Assembly (NCBI RefSeq): GCF_001194135.2
Contig: NC_068983.1
Span: 157,515,007 to 157,579,006, forward strand
DNA: 64,000 nucleotides
Direction of reading: 5' to 3'
Source: Octopus bimaculoides
Lineage: Eukaryota
Shown in pieces: positions 37,657 to 50,134 of this stretch. Each line of letters opens with the position of its first letter. The first letter of the stretch is position 1. A program made the translations under genes and the position numbers. Below the pieces are notes generated by a model, which was not told the DNA's origin, did not search any database, and saw only the letters and a list, made by a program, of their open reading frames with translations.

Positions 37657-37704
37657 GTCTTACAGCTGTTTCCAGGATATTTATTATATTCCTTCATCGG
37701 AGAC
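37657..37704 (-). ncRNA. Minimal hammerhead motif in a Penelope-like remnant (about 37560-37960)
   Basis: gucu-CCGAUGA-agg..ccug-GAAACAGCUGUA-agac; perfect 4-bp stem I, palindromic stem III, GUA triplet, but U4-to-C in the core. Confidence 0.55.
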
Positions 37705-38094
37705 AGTGTGAGAGGATGGTGAAGCAATAGTTAGTTTACATAAGATAGGAAATAGAGAGTGAATGTAGGGATATTGTATTTGTAAATCCATTGTTTAGGC
37801 AAAATGGTGTACATATAAGATTCCAATACCTTGTGAGTAAAATCCAATAGTCTTTAAGATTGGTCATTGCGTTTGTAAATCCATTATTAAGATTACAATT
37901 TCCTATGAGTAAAATCCAACAGTCTTTGAAATTGGTCATTCCAAATACAGAGTCTATACACAGTGTTATTGAATCAAGAGTTCTGTTTATTTAAACAGAA
38001 CCCTCGGAAAGATGAAGTTTAGTGGTTGAAGTCTGGTTTTGGAAAACTAACATTATTTTTTTAAAACAGAAAAGGCAAAAATGTGGTAAATACA

Positions 38095-38345
38095 ATTGCC
38101 AGCTATGAAGTCTCACAACGCATCGCTGAAAAGATGAAACCTTTTTACAGATGGTGATTTATTTTAAAGACTGCTTATTAGCGGTGTTGGATATTTTTTG
38201 TGCAGAAGAAAAGGTTTTATTTGAAATTAACAGCCTCTTTTTAAAGACGGTCACTCGGCGGATTGAAGAAATATCAGCAGATGTTAAAAATCAATTAATC
38301 AACACCTGCAGTGAATTACAACATTTTCCAATTGCAGTCGATGAG
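38095..38345 (+). mobile_element. Downstream piece of the same hAT transposase relic
   Basis: KPFTDG..F.DCLL..L..FC.E....F....L..KTVTRRIEEIS..VKNQL.....FPIAVDEST. Confidence 0.75.
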
Positions 38346-39707
38346 AGTACACGCATATCATGCTCAAGTCACATGACCAGTCGTGATTATCAACCAATCA
38401 GTTTGCAGCAATATATCATGAACACCATGCAAACTCACCAAGCAAACTCACGCCAAAAGCAACCACGGAGGTTGAGAATCATCAGAGAACACACATCCTT
38501 ACCTCTCGCCACAAACAAGCCAGAGTGCAGCCTAGTGTAGCAGAAACAACAAGTTTTCCATTGCTGAATCCTGCGAGAAATCAAAGGAATTCCTCATAAA
38601 CTTGGACCAACTCCTTTTGACTTCTCAAGCCTTAATCATTACTATGTATATTTATTACACTAGCTCGATTCAGATCTCTTATATTCTCTACCAGCAGTCA
38701 TTAGAACTTTATTTTCACTTGTTCTCCATTTCAATAAAGCTTACAGTAATAATATGTTATACTAGCAGAGATACCCAGCATTGCCCGTGTCACATGGAAT
38801 TGAAGAATTAGACTTTTCTTTTATATTTTCTCTAATGAACTGGAATACCTATGATTCGATTTCATCTAAATTGGAGATTAAAAATTTTAATGAGGGTTCT
38901 TTCCTCTTTACACACCCAAACAAAAATTCTAATCATGACATATTTATCCCATACTACTCATCTTTATGCCCAGATTCCAAAACCCAAATCTTATAAAACT
39001 TATTCAAAGGCTTTTGCTGTAACCTTTTCGAGGCTTTTATCTGTAACCTTTTCGAGTCAGATTTGGGTCAGGGCTGATTACAGAGGAAAATCCTTTGTTC
39101 AGCCCGACCTTATTTAGTTAGTAAAGATATAAATACACAACCACAAATTGGTACGCCCCTCTTTGGTCTCTCAGCCTCAGGTCAAAGAGCATCTCTGTTT
39201 CTCATTTCAAGTATGGCCCGTCATCGCGTGACAATGCAGCTCTTGCACTTTCTACATGTCTGGACTCTCTTATTCTTTCTGTTGTGGTGAAATCCTGACA
39301 CCCCTGTGGGATAGCAAGTGAACTTTCCTAAACCTTATAAAGGCGCATGCGTACTGATAGTGTGAGGTACAATGTGGTGTGTGCAGTCGCATTTGTGAAG
39401 GCAGATGTAGAGGTCGTTGAGAAGAGATATAAGTTTGTCACGTGTTTGTTACTGATTTAGTTTTTGTAGTGTTATAACACTTTTACAGAGTAGTCTATAT
39501 CCAAACTCAAGGATATAATATTTTCTCTCTCCATCAGACCTCCTAGCAGTCAACAGAAGATGAACTTCATTACCTGCAGACTGGACAGCAGAACAACAAA
39601 TAACCTGTATACAATTACAATAAGTTGTTTCTACTTGTAACAATGATAATAACGCTATAATAAAGGCCATTTCAACCAACTAACAATTAATAGTTTCTTC
39701 TCTTTAT

Positions 39708-39922
39708 GGCTGCGAGCTGGCAGAACTGTTAGCACGCCGGGTAAAAATGCTTAGTGGCAGTTCGTCTGTCTTTATGTTCTGAGTTCAAATTTCCCCGAGG
39801 TCGACTTTGCCTTTCATCTCTTTGGTTTCAATAAAATATGTACCAGTTGAACACTGGTGTCGATGTAATCAACTTAGCCCCTACTCCAAACCTGTTGACC
39901 TTGTGCCAAAATTTGAAACCAA
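39708..39922 (+). mobile_element. tRNA-derived SINE (gcgagctggcagaac..gttagcacgccggg head)
   Basis: A/B-box-like head plus the shared body. Confidence 0.8.
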
Positions 39923-40814
39923 TATTTTTCTTCCTTTATACATACACACACAATGTATATTTGTGTACATTGAAAAACATTTCTACGAGGATATATGTGA
40001 TACTTAAAGATTTGCAACATGTAAGATAAAGAAATGTTCTAGTTAAATCTGTTATGTGACATGTATCCATTATCGTTATAAACATAATGAAAAATAAAGC
40101 AGATAATTATATAAAAATGATGCATGTGTGTATGTATGTATGTATGTATGTAGGTAGGTAGGTAGGATTTAAACACAAGGACGATGTACCTTTGCTGAAC
40201 ATGTATACAGTGTATATATTATGTAATGGAGCCTGGTGTTGCCATCCGGTTTCACCAGTCCTCAGTCAAATCGTCCAACCCATGCTAGCATGGAAAGCGG
40301 ACGTTAAACGATGATGATGATGATGAGTAGAAGGAAATCAGAGCATACCTTGCGGAACAAAGTGACAAGGTTCCATCTGGAATTTGAGTTGGCCCTGCTT
40401 GGGCATTCAAACTGTCAACTTTTTATAATCCCAGGCAAAACTTTCTAGAACCATCGAAATACATTTTGGTGGGAAGCCTACATAACTTTTCTTTAATGTT
40501 TGCCACCGTTAACCGATAAATGTCAATTGCTACTGATAGACCAGTTAACATTTACATGTGCATTCTGTCCTCTCAAATCTGATCCTACCTTGTGGATTAC
40601 AACATTGTCAATTTAAATAGTTTTTTTTTACTAGATACTGAGGCAGAATATGGTGACCTTGCTTATTTCTGCGATGTACGCTGGCTTAGCTGAGGATCAG
40701 TGCTAAAAAGAGTACTTGCCTTACACAAAGAAGTGGCGATATTTCTCGAAAGCAAACCTTGGATAGTTCACATTTTCGAGATCCTGATTGGCTTGCAACT
40801 TTGGCATTTATTGT

Positions 40815-40992
40815 GGATATTAGGAAGACCTGGGATAAGGTGGTGAAGCATGACCTTCGAACATTATGCCTCACTGAGGCAATGACTAGTGACCGAGACC
40901 TTTGGAAATATGCTGTGCGTGAGAAGACCCAGCAAGCCGAGTGAGACCATAACCTGTGGCCTATGTCGGGGAACTTGGATGTTAACATCCCT
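40815..40992 (+). mobile_element. RTE LINE ORF 3' end fragment
   Basis: RKTWDKVVKHDLRTLCLTEAMTSDRDLWKYAVREKT. Confidence 0.8.
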
Positions 40993-41469
40993 TAAGAGGT
41001 ATATATCCTCATAATAATAATAATAATAATAATATATACGTGTGTGTGCGCATGCATGCATATGCTCGCATGTGTGGATGCGACGGGCTTATATTCATAC
41101 ACATGTGTGTGCATGAATAGATGCATACATATCTGTGTATATATACATACAAATGTATATTTGTATATGTGCATGTATGCATGTGTGGGTATGAGCACAT
41201 ATACGTGAGTGTGGAGGTATACATATATGTGGGATCTAGTCGGTTTGGCTGCCAGCATCAATTCTGTTCAAATTGATTTCATATTCAGTGTAATGATACA
41301 CTTTCATTGGCTAATGAATGATGTGAAAATCATTTGCACTATAAATCAATAAATAAAGAGTTTGTAGTGGATCTTGCGGGTATGAAGTGGATTTGATCCA
41401 CCATAGCCAAATTTAAATTAACACTTCAACAGAACTTTTCTCATGGTGGAACAATGGTTTTTTTCTGTG

Positions 41470-42062
41470 ACAGCAGGCCGAAATAATATCTTCGACTCTA
41501 TAGGCCCCAATAGCCTTTCTTGCCACCAGAATGCTGGTTGCTTCATGTGTCATACAGAGTTAAACCTGATACTCAAGAAGAGCTTGGCCCAGGCAAACAT
41601 CTCCTCCATCTTGGAACCATCTAGATTGTCCAGATATGATGGGAAGAAATCTGACGGCTTCACCATGTATCTCTGGTCACAAGGCAGATGCCTTGTCTGG
41701 GATGACAGTGAGCGGCTTCTTTGCTTCTGCTCATATCTTGGATGCTGTAGTCAGGGTGATCCACAGCTTCAGCAGCTGAGTGGAACAAAATCCTGAAGTA
41801 CTGTGATCTGTCGGCCAACTACATTTTCCATCCTGTGGGGTTTGAGACGTTTGGTGGGGTCAGACCACTAACTGTGAGATTCCTGTCTTCACTGGTAACT
41901 TACTTTGCAGGGGTAACTGGTGAGGCTCTTGAGGCGCTTGGCTGTTCTAGCACATCAGCCTCACCATCATCCGTGGCAGCACTTCAAGCGTGCTGGCGTG
42001 TCTCAATAGCCATTAGAGAGGTTTCGCTGTGCCCCCAAGTTTTGAACCCAAGGTGGTGAATT
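41470..42062 (+). mobile_element. Second CRE-like RLE 3' fragment
   Basis: CHTELNLILKKSLAQANISSILEPSRLSRYDGKKSDGFT..W..GRCLVWD; 3' end colinear with the 33880 copy. Confidence 0.8.
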
Positions 42063-42244
42063 GTTTTGTTTTCTTTCTTTTTTCTTTTAATTTTTTCAAT
42101 TGTATTCTCTGTTTCGTCCACATGTAAATAAATTTAAATTCATGTTTTCACAATCACATACACAAAAGTTAATATGGACATTTGCCACTTGAATGTTGAC
42201 GTGCACAGCAATGTCTAAAGGGACCATTCTACGGGACATATTTT

Positions 42245-42579
42245 GATAATTTTTCAGATTAACACCTGCATGATCTTCACTAGGGTGTTAGGGTTAGGGT
42301 TTTAGGGTTAGTTTTAGGGTTAGGGTTTTAGGGTTAGTTTTAGGGTTAGGGTTTTAGGGTTAGGGTTTTAGGGTCAGGGTTAGGGTTAGGGTTAGGGTTA
42401 CGATTAGGGTTAGGGTTACGGTTAGGGTTAGGAACAGAATTCCCTAACCCTAACCTTAAAACCCTAACCGTAACCTCTACCCTAAACCCTAACCCAAACC
42501 CTAACCCTAACCCTGATCCTAAAGCCCTAACCCTAACACCCTAGCGAAAATCGTGTGGGTGTTAATCTGAAAAATTACC
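42245..42579. mobile_element. Foldback MITE (Merlin-like ends) filled with inverted telomeric arrays
   Basis: About 50-bp imperfect TIRs (gataatttttcagattaacacc / ggtgttaatctgaaaaattacc); 8-bp TSD catatttt/catatttc; (TTAGGG)n then (CCCTAA)n inside. Confidence 0.75.
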
Positions 42580-43051
42580 CATATTTCTGATGAGTTAAAG
42601 ACCAACTTTGATTTTTGATATCTTTTTCATCCATGAATTTCAGTTTTTGCTTTTTAATTTGCTCTACGTCTGAAACAACAATAATAATGGCAACAGCAGC
42701 AGCTGGAATTCTGGAGTACCAGGCGTGGGAAATGACGGTCTGTATGTGTTATTATTTTAGCCAGAAATCTGCACTCATCCAACAGATTTGTGATTAAAAA
42801 CCGTGACTGTACCGTCTATTTGGAGGAGAGAATACAGAGAAACTTGTACCGAAGGATCGCCGAGAATACATACTAGACAATATTATCCAACACATCCCTC
42901 TCCACTTTTAAAGGAAAATTTGAATGCTAATTCTAGCTTTCTCTCAGCTGGTAGATTTCTGTTTGCGAAAGTAGCAAAGAGTTACCTACCTTCGTTTTAT
43001 CAATTTGCATTTTAATTTTGATGTGAATGAACTTCGATTCATTAAAGAGAA

Positions 43052-43178
43052 ATGACCAAATATTTAAATATTCACCCGAACCTAATTAAGGAAAGGAAAG
43101 GTGCCACTTTCGATCCATATACATTAACTTGTTTACTGTGGGATGGCGACGAGGTCGTAAAGCATAAAAGAAATCTAG
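43052..43178 (+). CDS. ACOX1: Peroxisomal acyl-CoA oxidase, coding exon 1
   Basis: MTKYLNIHPNLIKERKGATFDPYTLTCLLWDGDEVVKHKRNL resembles the ACOX1 N-terminus (NPDLxxERxxAxF); donor G|GTAATT, phase 1, fits next exon. Confidence 0.8.
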
Positions 43179-43705
43179 GTAATTTTCGTTTTCATTTTTT
43201 AAAATATTGTCAATGTTATTCTTTCATTCCAGTCAGCTCTAATGGAGCAGATCCATAATAAATAGCCGTGATTAACACATTTTGTATAACTCGGACTACG
43301 TTCTCCAATGCGTCCTTTGGTGTAATTTGTGAGAGCTTGATTTGTATGTCTACCGTTTATATTTTACTGTATTTGATTACGAAATCTTGAATTATTTTAT
43401 AACTTGTATGTCATCGTTGGTAGTTCACCTTACCGAGGTGTCAGATCACCTTTTAGATATTGCTCTACTCGTTAAGGGTGCTTGGCTTTTCCATCTCGTG
43501 TTGGCTCACTTCAATATATTCTGTTGAATCATGTGGTGTGCGACCAATTGATGCACTTGATGCTGCATTGATGTATTTTTTTTTGGGGGGGGGTGTTTCC
43601 TCTTGTAAAATATATTCCTTTCTACGTAATTGTTTTGACCTCCCGACACTGTAGTAAGCATGTCAGATATTGCAGACAGAAAAAACAGTAGAGTATTATT
43701 TATTA

Positions 43706-43917
43706 GGGGGAGATGGAGTATATGTAATCTGGGTATACCCCCCCCCCCATTTTGTTTTTTTTTTACGGAATCCTATGTTTCAGACCATGGAGAATCCGAT
43801 TCTGGAAAAAATTTTTTACATGATCGGAATCTCCATAGCCTAAAACGTGGGATTCCGTAAAAAAAAATTAATAAATAAGGGGGGAAAGGTTCAGATTACA
43901 TATAGTCCATCTCTACC
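43706..43917. mobile_element. 212-bp foldback MITE, Merlin-like, in ACOX1 intron 1
   Basis: GG...CC ends; perfect 8-bp TSD atttatta (43698-43705 and 43918-43925); outer and inner inverted repeats. Confidence 0.8.
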
Positions 43918-44387
43918 ATTTATTAATTGTGTGTTACTTTAATTAGTGCTGTTTGATTTTTTTTTAATATTTTGAGAATGATTAGTAATTATGATAAAAA
44001 CAATAACTTAGTAATAAAAAACGCCCACTTGAATGACACCGTAAAGATGTTCATTAATTTATTGAGGTAATGAAAAGTTGTAAACAATCCGATAAAATCA
44101 TTTAAAAAGTAATCACAACATAAATAAATAAACACTAATTAACTATAGTTGAGATTAGTGGGCATGGTTGATGAGCTTAAATAAATAAACACTATTTAAC
44201 TATTGTTGAGATCAGTGGGCATTGTTGATTTACTTGTTCAAAGCAAAAGAGATCATTGTTGTAGAAACAGAAAAAGAAGCGAAACAAGTTATGAACAGCC
44301 CATTTGTATAATGTCATCTTCAGGCATGGGTGCTTGGGTGCCTCATGGGTCTAGCGCTCTAAAGCTAAACTGTATATAGTGTGGTGG

Positions 44388-45003
44388 TTTGCTTATCAGT
44401 ATTTCGTCTGCCCTTACGTTCTGAGTTCAAATTCCGTCGAGGTCGACTTTGCCTTTCATCCCTTCGGGGTCGATAAATTAAGTACCAGTTACGCACTGGC
44501 GTCGATGCAATCGACTTAATCCCTTTGTCTGTTCTTGTTTATCCCCTCTATGTTTAGCCCCGTGTGGGCAATAAAGAAATAAGAAACGTTAGCACGTCGG
44601 GTGAAATGCTTAGCGGTATTTCGTCTGTCTTTACGTTCTGAGTTCAAATTCCGCCGAGGTCGACTTTGCCTTTCATCCTTTCGGGGTCGATAAATTAAGT
44701 ACCAGTTACGCACTGGCGTCGATGCAATCGACTTAATCCCTTTGTCTGTTCTTGTTTATCCCCTCTATGTTTAGCCCCGTGTGGGCAATAAAGAAATAAG
44801 AAACGTTAGCACGTCGGGTGAAATGCTTAGTGGTATTTCGTCTGTCTTTACGTTCTGAGTTCAAATTCCGCCGAGGTCGACTTTGCCTTTCATCCTTTCG
44901 GGGTCAATAAATTAAGTACCAGTTGGGTACTAGGGTCGATGTAATCGACTGGTCCCTCCATCAAAATTCCGGGCCTTGTACCTAGAGTAGAAAAGAATAA
45001 ATA
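44388..45003 (+). mobile_element. Head-to-tail array of three tRNA-derived SINE units (217-bp period)
   Basis: Junction aagaaataagaaac|gttagcacgtcggg recurs at 44588 and 44805. Confidence 0.88.
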
Positions 45004-45159
45004 CTGTAGGCCTCAGGGTTAATATATAGTTTAACTCCATGTCCCCCCCCCCCGCAAAAAAAAGCCCAGTCTAGTAGGTGTAAAAAAATGTGTAGAAAAT
45101 GAATATGAAAACAAAAATTTGCGCAAACGAACTGGATGTGGAGAGGATCCAATGTGATA

Positions 45160-45760
45160 TCTGTTTTACAGCCTTGTGACCAAAGAATTTTACACTCCGT
45201 GAAGAACGACTATGAAAATGATTTTAGAAGCTGTGCTTGATGCAGTCAACAAAGTAGTAAAACTGCAAGATTACCTGAAAAAGTTCACTGTTAAGGGTAC
45301 CATCTACTCACTTGGGAATGCTTGAAATAATGTTTATAAATCAACAGTAACAAATGCCTGGCACAGAATTTGGCCAATAACGATGTTTGATGAAAATGAC
45401 TCTATAGATAATGAGTTAGGAGGATTTTGTGTCACCTTACACTAAAAGTTTATTTTGCGGAATGGTAAGAAGCTGACACTAAAGAAATGCTAAACGTTGA
45501 CAATGATGCATTTGTTGTGCATACCTTGAGTGATGAGGAAATTGCTGAAATAGTGTTAAATACAGATAGGAATGAAGACAGATAGGTGAAAGAATTCCTA
45601 TGGACAATATGATGAGAATTTGTGGTCAGTTAATAACTGACCTTGAACACTGGGTATTAATCGGTGAGCAGCAGATTAGGAGAGTTTACTCAAAGAGACA
45701 TTGCTTAGACAGAAACATATGCTAATGAGACAGATGACACTTGAAGAAGTCTTTAAAAAT
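45160..45760 (+). mobile_element. pogo/Tigger-type transposase C-terminal relic
   Basis: QPCDQRILHSVKNDY; FTVKGTIYSLGNA*NNV..STVTNAWHRIWP; EMLNVDNDAFVVHTLSDEEIAEIVLN. Confidence 0.7.
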
Positions 45761-46532
45761 GCCCTCTCTTGTAGTGCTACTTCATCACTTGAGAATCCTG
45801 TTCCTTGCCCATCATTGGAGGTTTGCCTGCAGCCTGAAGATGAAGTTGGTGATACTGTCAGACCCTGTTCTACAACTTAACTGCAGCTACATATTTAGTC
45901 TAGTTTGAATCAATTTATGGCTCTTGCATATGAATAAACTGTAATACCATTTGTAGTCTTTCCTTATTCAAATTAGTGTGAATACTTATGTGTCACTCTA
46001 CAGAAATATTATGGTAATCTGTATATCTGTACTTGTGGATCATGTATTTTTGTTTTAAATTATCCCAATATATGTATTTTGTTATTTGTAATCTTAGTTA
46101 CCACACTATTTCATTTACCAGCATATTACTCTACAAATACTTATTTTCCCCACTGATTGTGAGTGCGTATACATGTGCTTCTGTTACCATAGTAAGATAT
46201 CTATTTTGATGTCTAGTTTACAATCTGGGGCAGCTGACTTTTATTCTGAAATTCAGAACACAACTGTCCCTCAAGGGTTCTGGACAAAGGATTGTGTACC
46301 TGTATCAACAAATAAAGAACAATAGAGCATTGCCAGTGCTAATACTGTCGCCATTACTGTCATGAAAACCCCATAGGAACTGTAAAGGGATTACTAAAAG
46401 AGCATAGAAACAGTGGGTGTCATGAGGTCACTTTAGTTCTGTCTTGTTGAAGACTGTCCAAGCTCTTTCAATGTCGTGCCACTAGAAAATGCTCCTCCAA
46501 CCTCAGCATCCTCATCAAGTCCTGTATATATA

Positions 46533-46592
<60 letters not shown>

Positions 46593-46689
46593 TAAATATA
46601 TATATATAATTGTTAAACTGGACAGCAATCATTAAGGCAAGGCAAACATCTCAAATCATATACAATATTATTATAGGAAGAAATTCAAA

Positions 46690-46745
46690 ATCTTACAGCT
46701 GTTTCAGGGATATCCGCAAGTATGGGATATTCTGTCATCAGAGAC
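46690..46745 (-). ncRNA. Minimal hammerhead-ribozyme motif
   Basis: gucu-CUGAUGA-cagaauaucc(loop)ggauaucccu-GAAACAGCUGUA-agau; intact core, imperfect base of stem II. Confidence 0.6.
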
Positions 46746-46915
46746 AAATAGGGAAGGACTCATGCGCTGGTCTATAATTTTGGAAAGTTGAACTATGAAC
46801 TTTCATGCTTCTTTTTTCTTCTTTCTTTCCATCTCCTTATTCTTTTACTCCCTTCCTCTATGTCATCATCTTATTAATATATATCATTCTCATTTTCCCT
46901 ATTTTTTCCCTATTT

Positions 46916-46971
46916 GTCTCTGATGACAGAGTATCCCATACTCAGGGATATCCCAGAAACAGCTGTAAAAT
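46916..46971 (+). ncRNA. Minimal hammerhead-ribozyme motif on the ACOX1 pre-mRNA strand
   Basis: gucu-CUGAUGA-caga-guauccc(loop)gggauau-ccca-GAAACAGCUGUA-aaau; intact core, imperfect stems. Confidence 0.55.
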
Positions 46972-47889
46972 TTTGAATTTCTTCCTATAATAATATTGTA
47001 TATGACTTGAGATATTTGCCTTGCCTTAATGTTTGCTGTCCTATTTAACAATTATATACCCACTGCATCAGAAATCTGCCATGGCTTCATAACTACCATC
47101 CCGGCTATAACCTTGGAGCCCCAGTCCAGTAATCCGTTACATCACTTACCTAGCATACCTAATCATTTAGATCACCCGATCACAGGTGTATTAGTTTGAT
47201 GCTCAGGAAAGTGAGAAAGTCTTTTAAGTTTCAAGCATATGCTCTTCAACAGAAAGGAATGTGAGAAAATAGAGAGAGAATAAAAAAATAAAAAAACTGG
47301 TGGATTTAGCGATCAAGCATGGCAACATATGCATATATATATCTTTTATTTTTTATCTTTTACTGGTTTNNNNNNNNNNNNNNNNNNNNNNNNNNNNNNN
47401 NNNNNNNNNNNNNNNNNNNNNNNNNNNNATATGCAAGTAAAAATAAATACAAAAAAAAGGGGGTTTGTATGATTGTGTATAGAGGAATATATTATTTTGT
47501 TTAAAAGAGTTCCAACACTGTCTGTTTTTTATGTTTTATTTATATTCCTGCAAAACCAATGTGGGATATAGAATATGGAATATACAATATATAATATAAT
47601 ATACGATATATAATATAAAATAAAAATGGATGGTACAATGAAATAAAGTATTGAATGTCTTATTGAATATATGGAATATGTCTTATTGAATAGATGAAAT
47701 ATTGAGTGTTCAATATAAAGGATTAAATATATAAAGGCGAATACGTATTTTCAATACCTTGTGGTATTTCATCATGGCCGGTATGACAGACTTTAAACAG
47801 ACTGTGTTTTATATATATATATATGTATATATACATATGCATATATATATCTTTTATTTTTTATCTTTTACTGGTTTCAGCCTAGAGCT

Positions 47890-48425
47890 GAGGTCATGCT
47901 GGTGCACCACCTGTAGTTACTCGGTGTTGTTTTTGATATTGTTTTTGGTGAAGTAGCGAGTTGGACGGAGCTGCTCTTCTTTGCATCTCCTGCCATGATG
48001 TGGGTTCATCTGGTATCTCAGACAGAAACCTGTCCAGACGTTCCTTGAAAACTTCCACATCAACACCATGTAAATCTCTAAGGTTGCCCGGAAGGATGTT
48101 GAGCAATTGTGGGCCCTTGAAACCCAGACTATTGCAGTACTGTGTCCTTATTTTAGATGGGAAAGATGGGATCTTTGGTATGATGCAGTGCTGTCCAGTT
48201 TGAGGATTAGTATAGCTGTCAATTCCAAAATCGGGAGCTAAACCCTCCAAGATCTTCCAAATATATATCATCACATATCTCTCTCGTCTTCTCTCCAGGG
48301 AATAGAGACTCTGCTCCTTTAGCCTCTCTCAGTAGCCCATCTTTTGCATCAAGTCCATCTTCTTTGTGTATTGGTGCTGGATTGCTTCGAGTTTCACAGT
48401 TTGTTTCACGCTCTCTGGGGACCAT
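47890..48425 (-). mobile_element. CR1/L2/Jockey-group LINE 3' end
   Basis: RRERY..IYIWKILEG..P; SLGFKGPQLLN.LP..LR; VFKERLDRFLSEIPDEP; SNSLLHQ. Confidence 0.85.
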
Positions 48426-49176
48426 AGTTGGGAGAAAATGTGTTTATTTAGAAATATGTTGATAGGTAATAGAAAGGAAAGACAAGGAAGACAAAANNNN
48501 NNNNNNNNNNNNNNNNNNNNNNNNNNNNNNNNNNNNNNNNNNNNNNNNNNNNNNNNNNNNNNNNNNNNNNNNNNNNNNNNNNNNNNNNNNNNNNNNNNNN
48601 NNNNNNNNNNNNNNNNNNNNNNNNNNNNNNNNNNNNNNNNNNNNNNNNNNNNNNNNNNNNNNNNNNNNNNNNNNNNNNNNNNNNNNNNNNNNNNNNNNNN
48701 NNNNNNNNNNNNNNNNNNNNNNNNNNNNNNNNNNNNNNNNNNNNNNNNNNNNNNNNNNNNNNNNNNNNNNNNNNNNNNNNNNNNNNNNNNNNNNNNNNNN
48801 NNNNNNNNNNNNNNNNNNNNNNNNNNNNNNNNNNNNNNNNNNNNNNNNNNNNNNNNNNNNNNNNNNNNNNNNNNNNNNNNNNNNNNNNNNNNNNNNNNNN
48901 NNNNNNNNNNNNNNNNNNNNNNNNNNNNNNNNNNNNNNNNNNNNNNNNNNNNNNNNNNNNNNNNNNNNNNNNNNNNNNNNNNNNNNNNNNNNNNNNNNNN
49001 NNNNNNNNNNNNNNNNNNNNNNNNNNNNNNNNNNNNNNNNNNNNNNNNNNNNNNNNNNNNNNNNNNNNNNNNNNNNNNNNNNNNNNNNNNNNNNNNNNNN
49101 NNNNNNNNNNNNNNNNNNNNNNNNNNNNNNNNNNNNNNNNNNNNNNNNNNNNNNNNNNNNNNNNNNNNNNNNNNNG

Positions 49177-49490
49177 AACCAGATGGCTACACCAGGCTCC
49201 AATCTGATTTGACAGAGTTTCTACAGCTGGATGCCCTTCCTAACGCCAACCACTCCGAGAGTGTAGTGGGTGCTTTTACGTGTCACCCGCACAAAGGCCA
49301 GTCAGGTGGTACTGGTGACGGCCACGCTCAAAATGGTGTATTTTACGTGCCACCTGCACAGGAGCCAGTCCAGCGGCACTGGCAATGACCTCGCTCAAAT
49401 GTCTTTTCATGTGCCAGTAAGGCGATGCTGGTAATGATCACACTCAAATGGTGCTATTTACATGCCACTGGTATGGAAGCCAGACAGCTG
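49177..49490 (-). mobile_element. RTE-tail SINE copy (truncated by gap)
   Basis: Same family as 50135, 54570, 57240 and 62590. Confidence 0.8.
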
Positions 49491-50134
49491 CACATCTTTA
49501 ATTTTTACTCTGTCTCAATCAAATTGGTTCTTGATGTTCAAACTCAATTCTCTCTTTCCCTATTTCTCTGTCTGTCTCTGTTTCTCTCTCTCTCATGTAT
49601 ATACACATTTATGGTAACATGCCCTTGCTCTTCTGTAAGTATTCACATTTTTATTTTTATAGCCTTTTATTTTATAGCCTTGCACACATGTTGTAAACAT
49701 GAATGTTTGTATTGAATAACAGTAAACTTTTTACATTAATTCATAAAATGAAAGTTTTATGTATCATATTTCTTTGCTGTCATGAATTTTCAAATTTTCT
49801 TACCATGTTGTTCAGCAAGTAAATCTGTCCTGAAATGATTGTTTTACATGCCAATGAATAAAATAATTCTCATATGTATATTGGACTGCCATGCAACTGA
49901 GAAGTGAACTATGAGCACACCAGTACTATATGTGTGTGTGTGTGTATGTTTGTGTTTCTTGTCTGATGCATTGTGGCTGTGTGGTAAGAAGTTTACATCT
50001 CAACCACATGGTTTTGAGTCCAGTCCCACTGTGTGTTTTCTTCTATAGTGCTGGGTTATCCAGAGCCATGTGAGTGGATTTGCCAGAGAAAATGAAAGAA
50101 GCCTGTTATATGTATATATATATATATATATATA

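Larger units (their letters stand above)
46602..47057. mobile_element. Inverted pair of Penelope-type terminal repeats (arms about 46602-46755 and 46906-47057), each with a hammerhead motif
   Basis: About 150-bp reverse-complementary arms around a 150-bp spacer. Confidence 0.7.

Noticed and set aside
42280-42545. Ancestral telomere-telomere chromosome fusion site
   Set aside because: Enclosed by non-telomeric TIRs and an 8-bp TSD, so a transposed element is the simpler explanation
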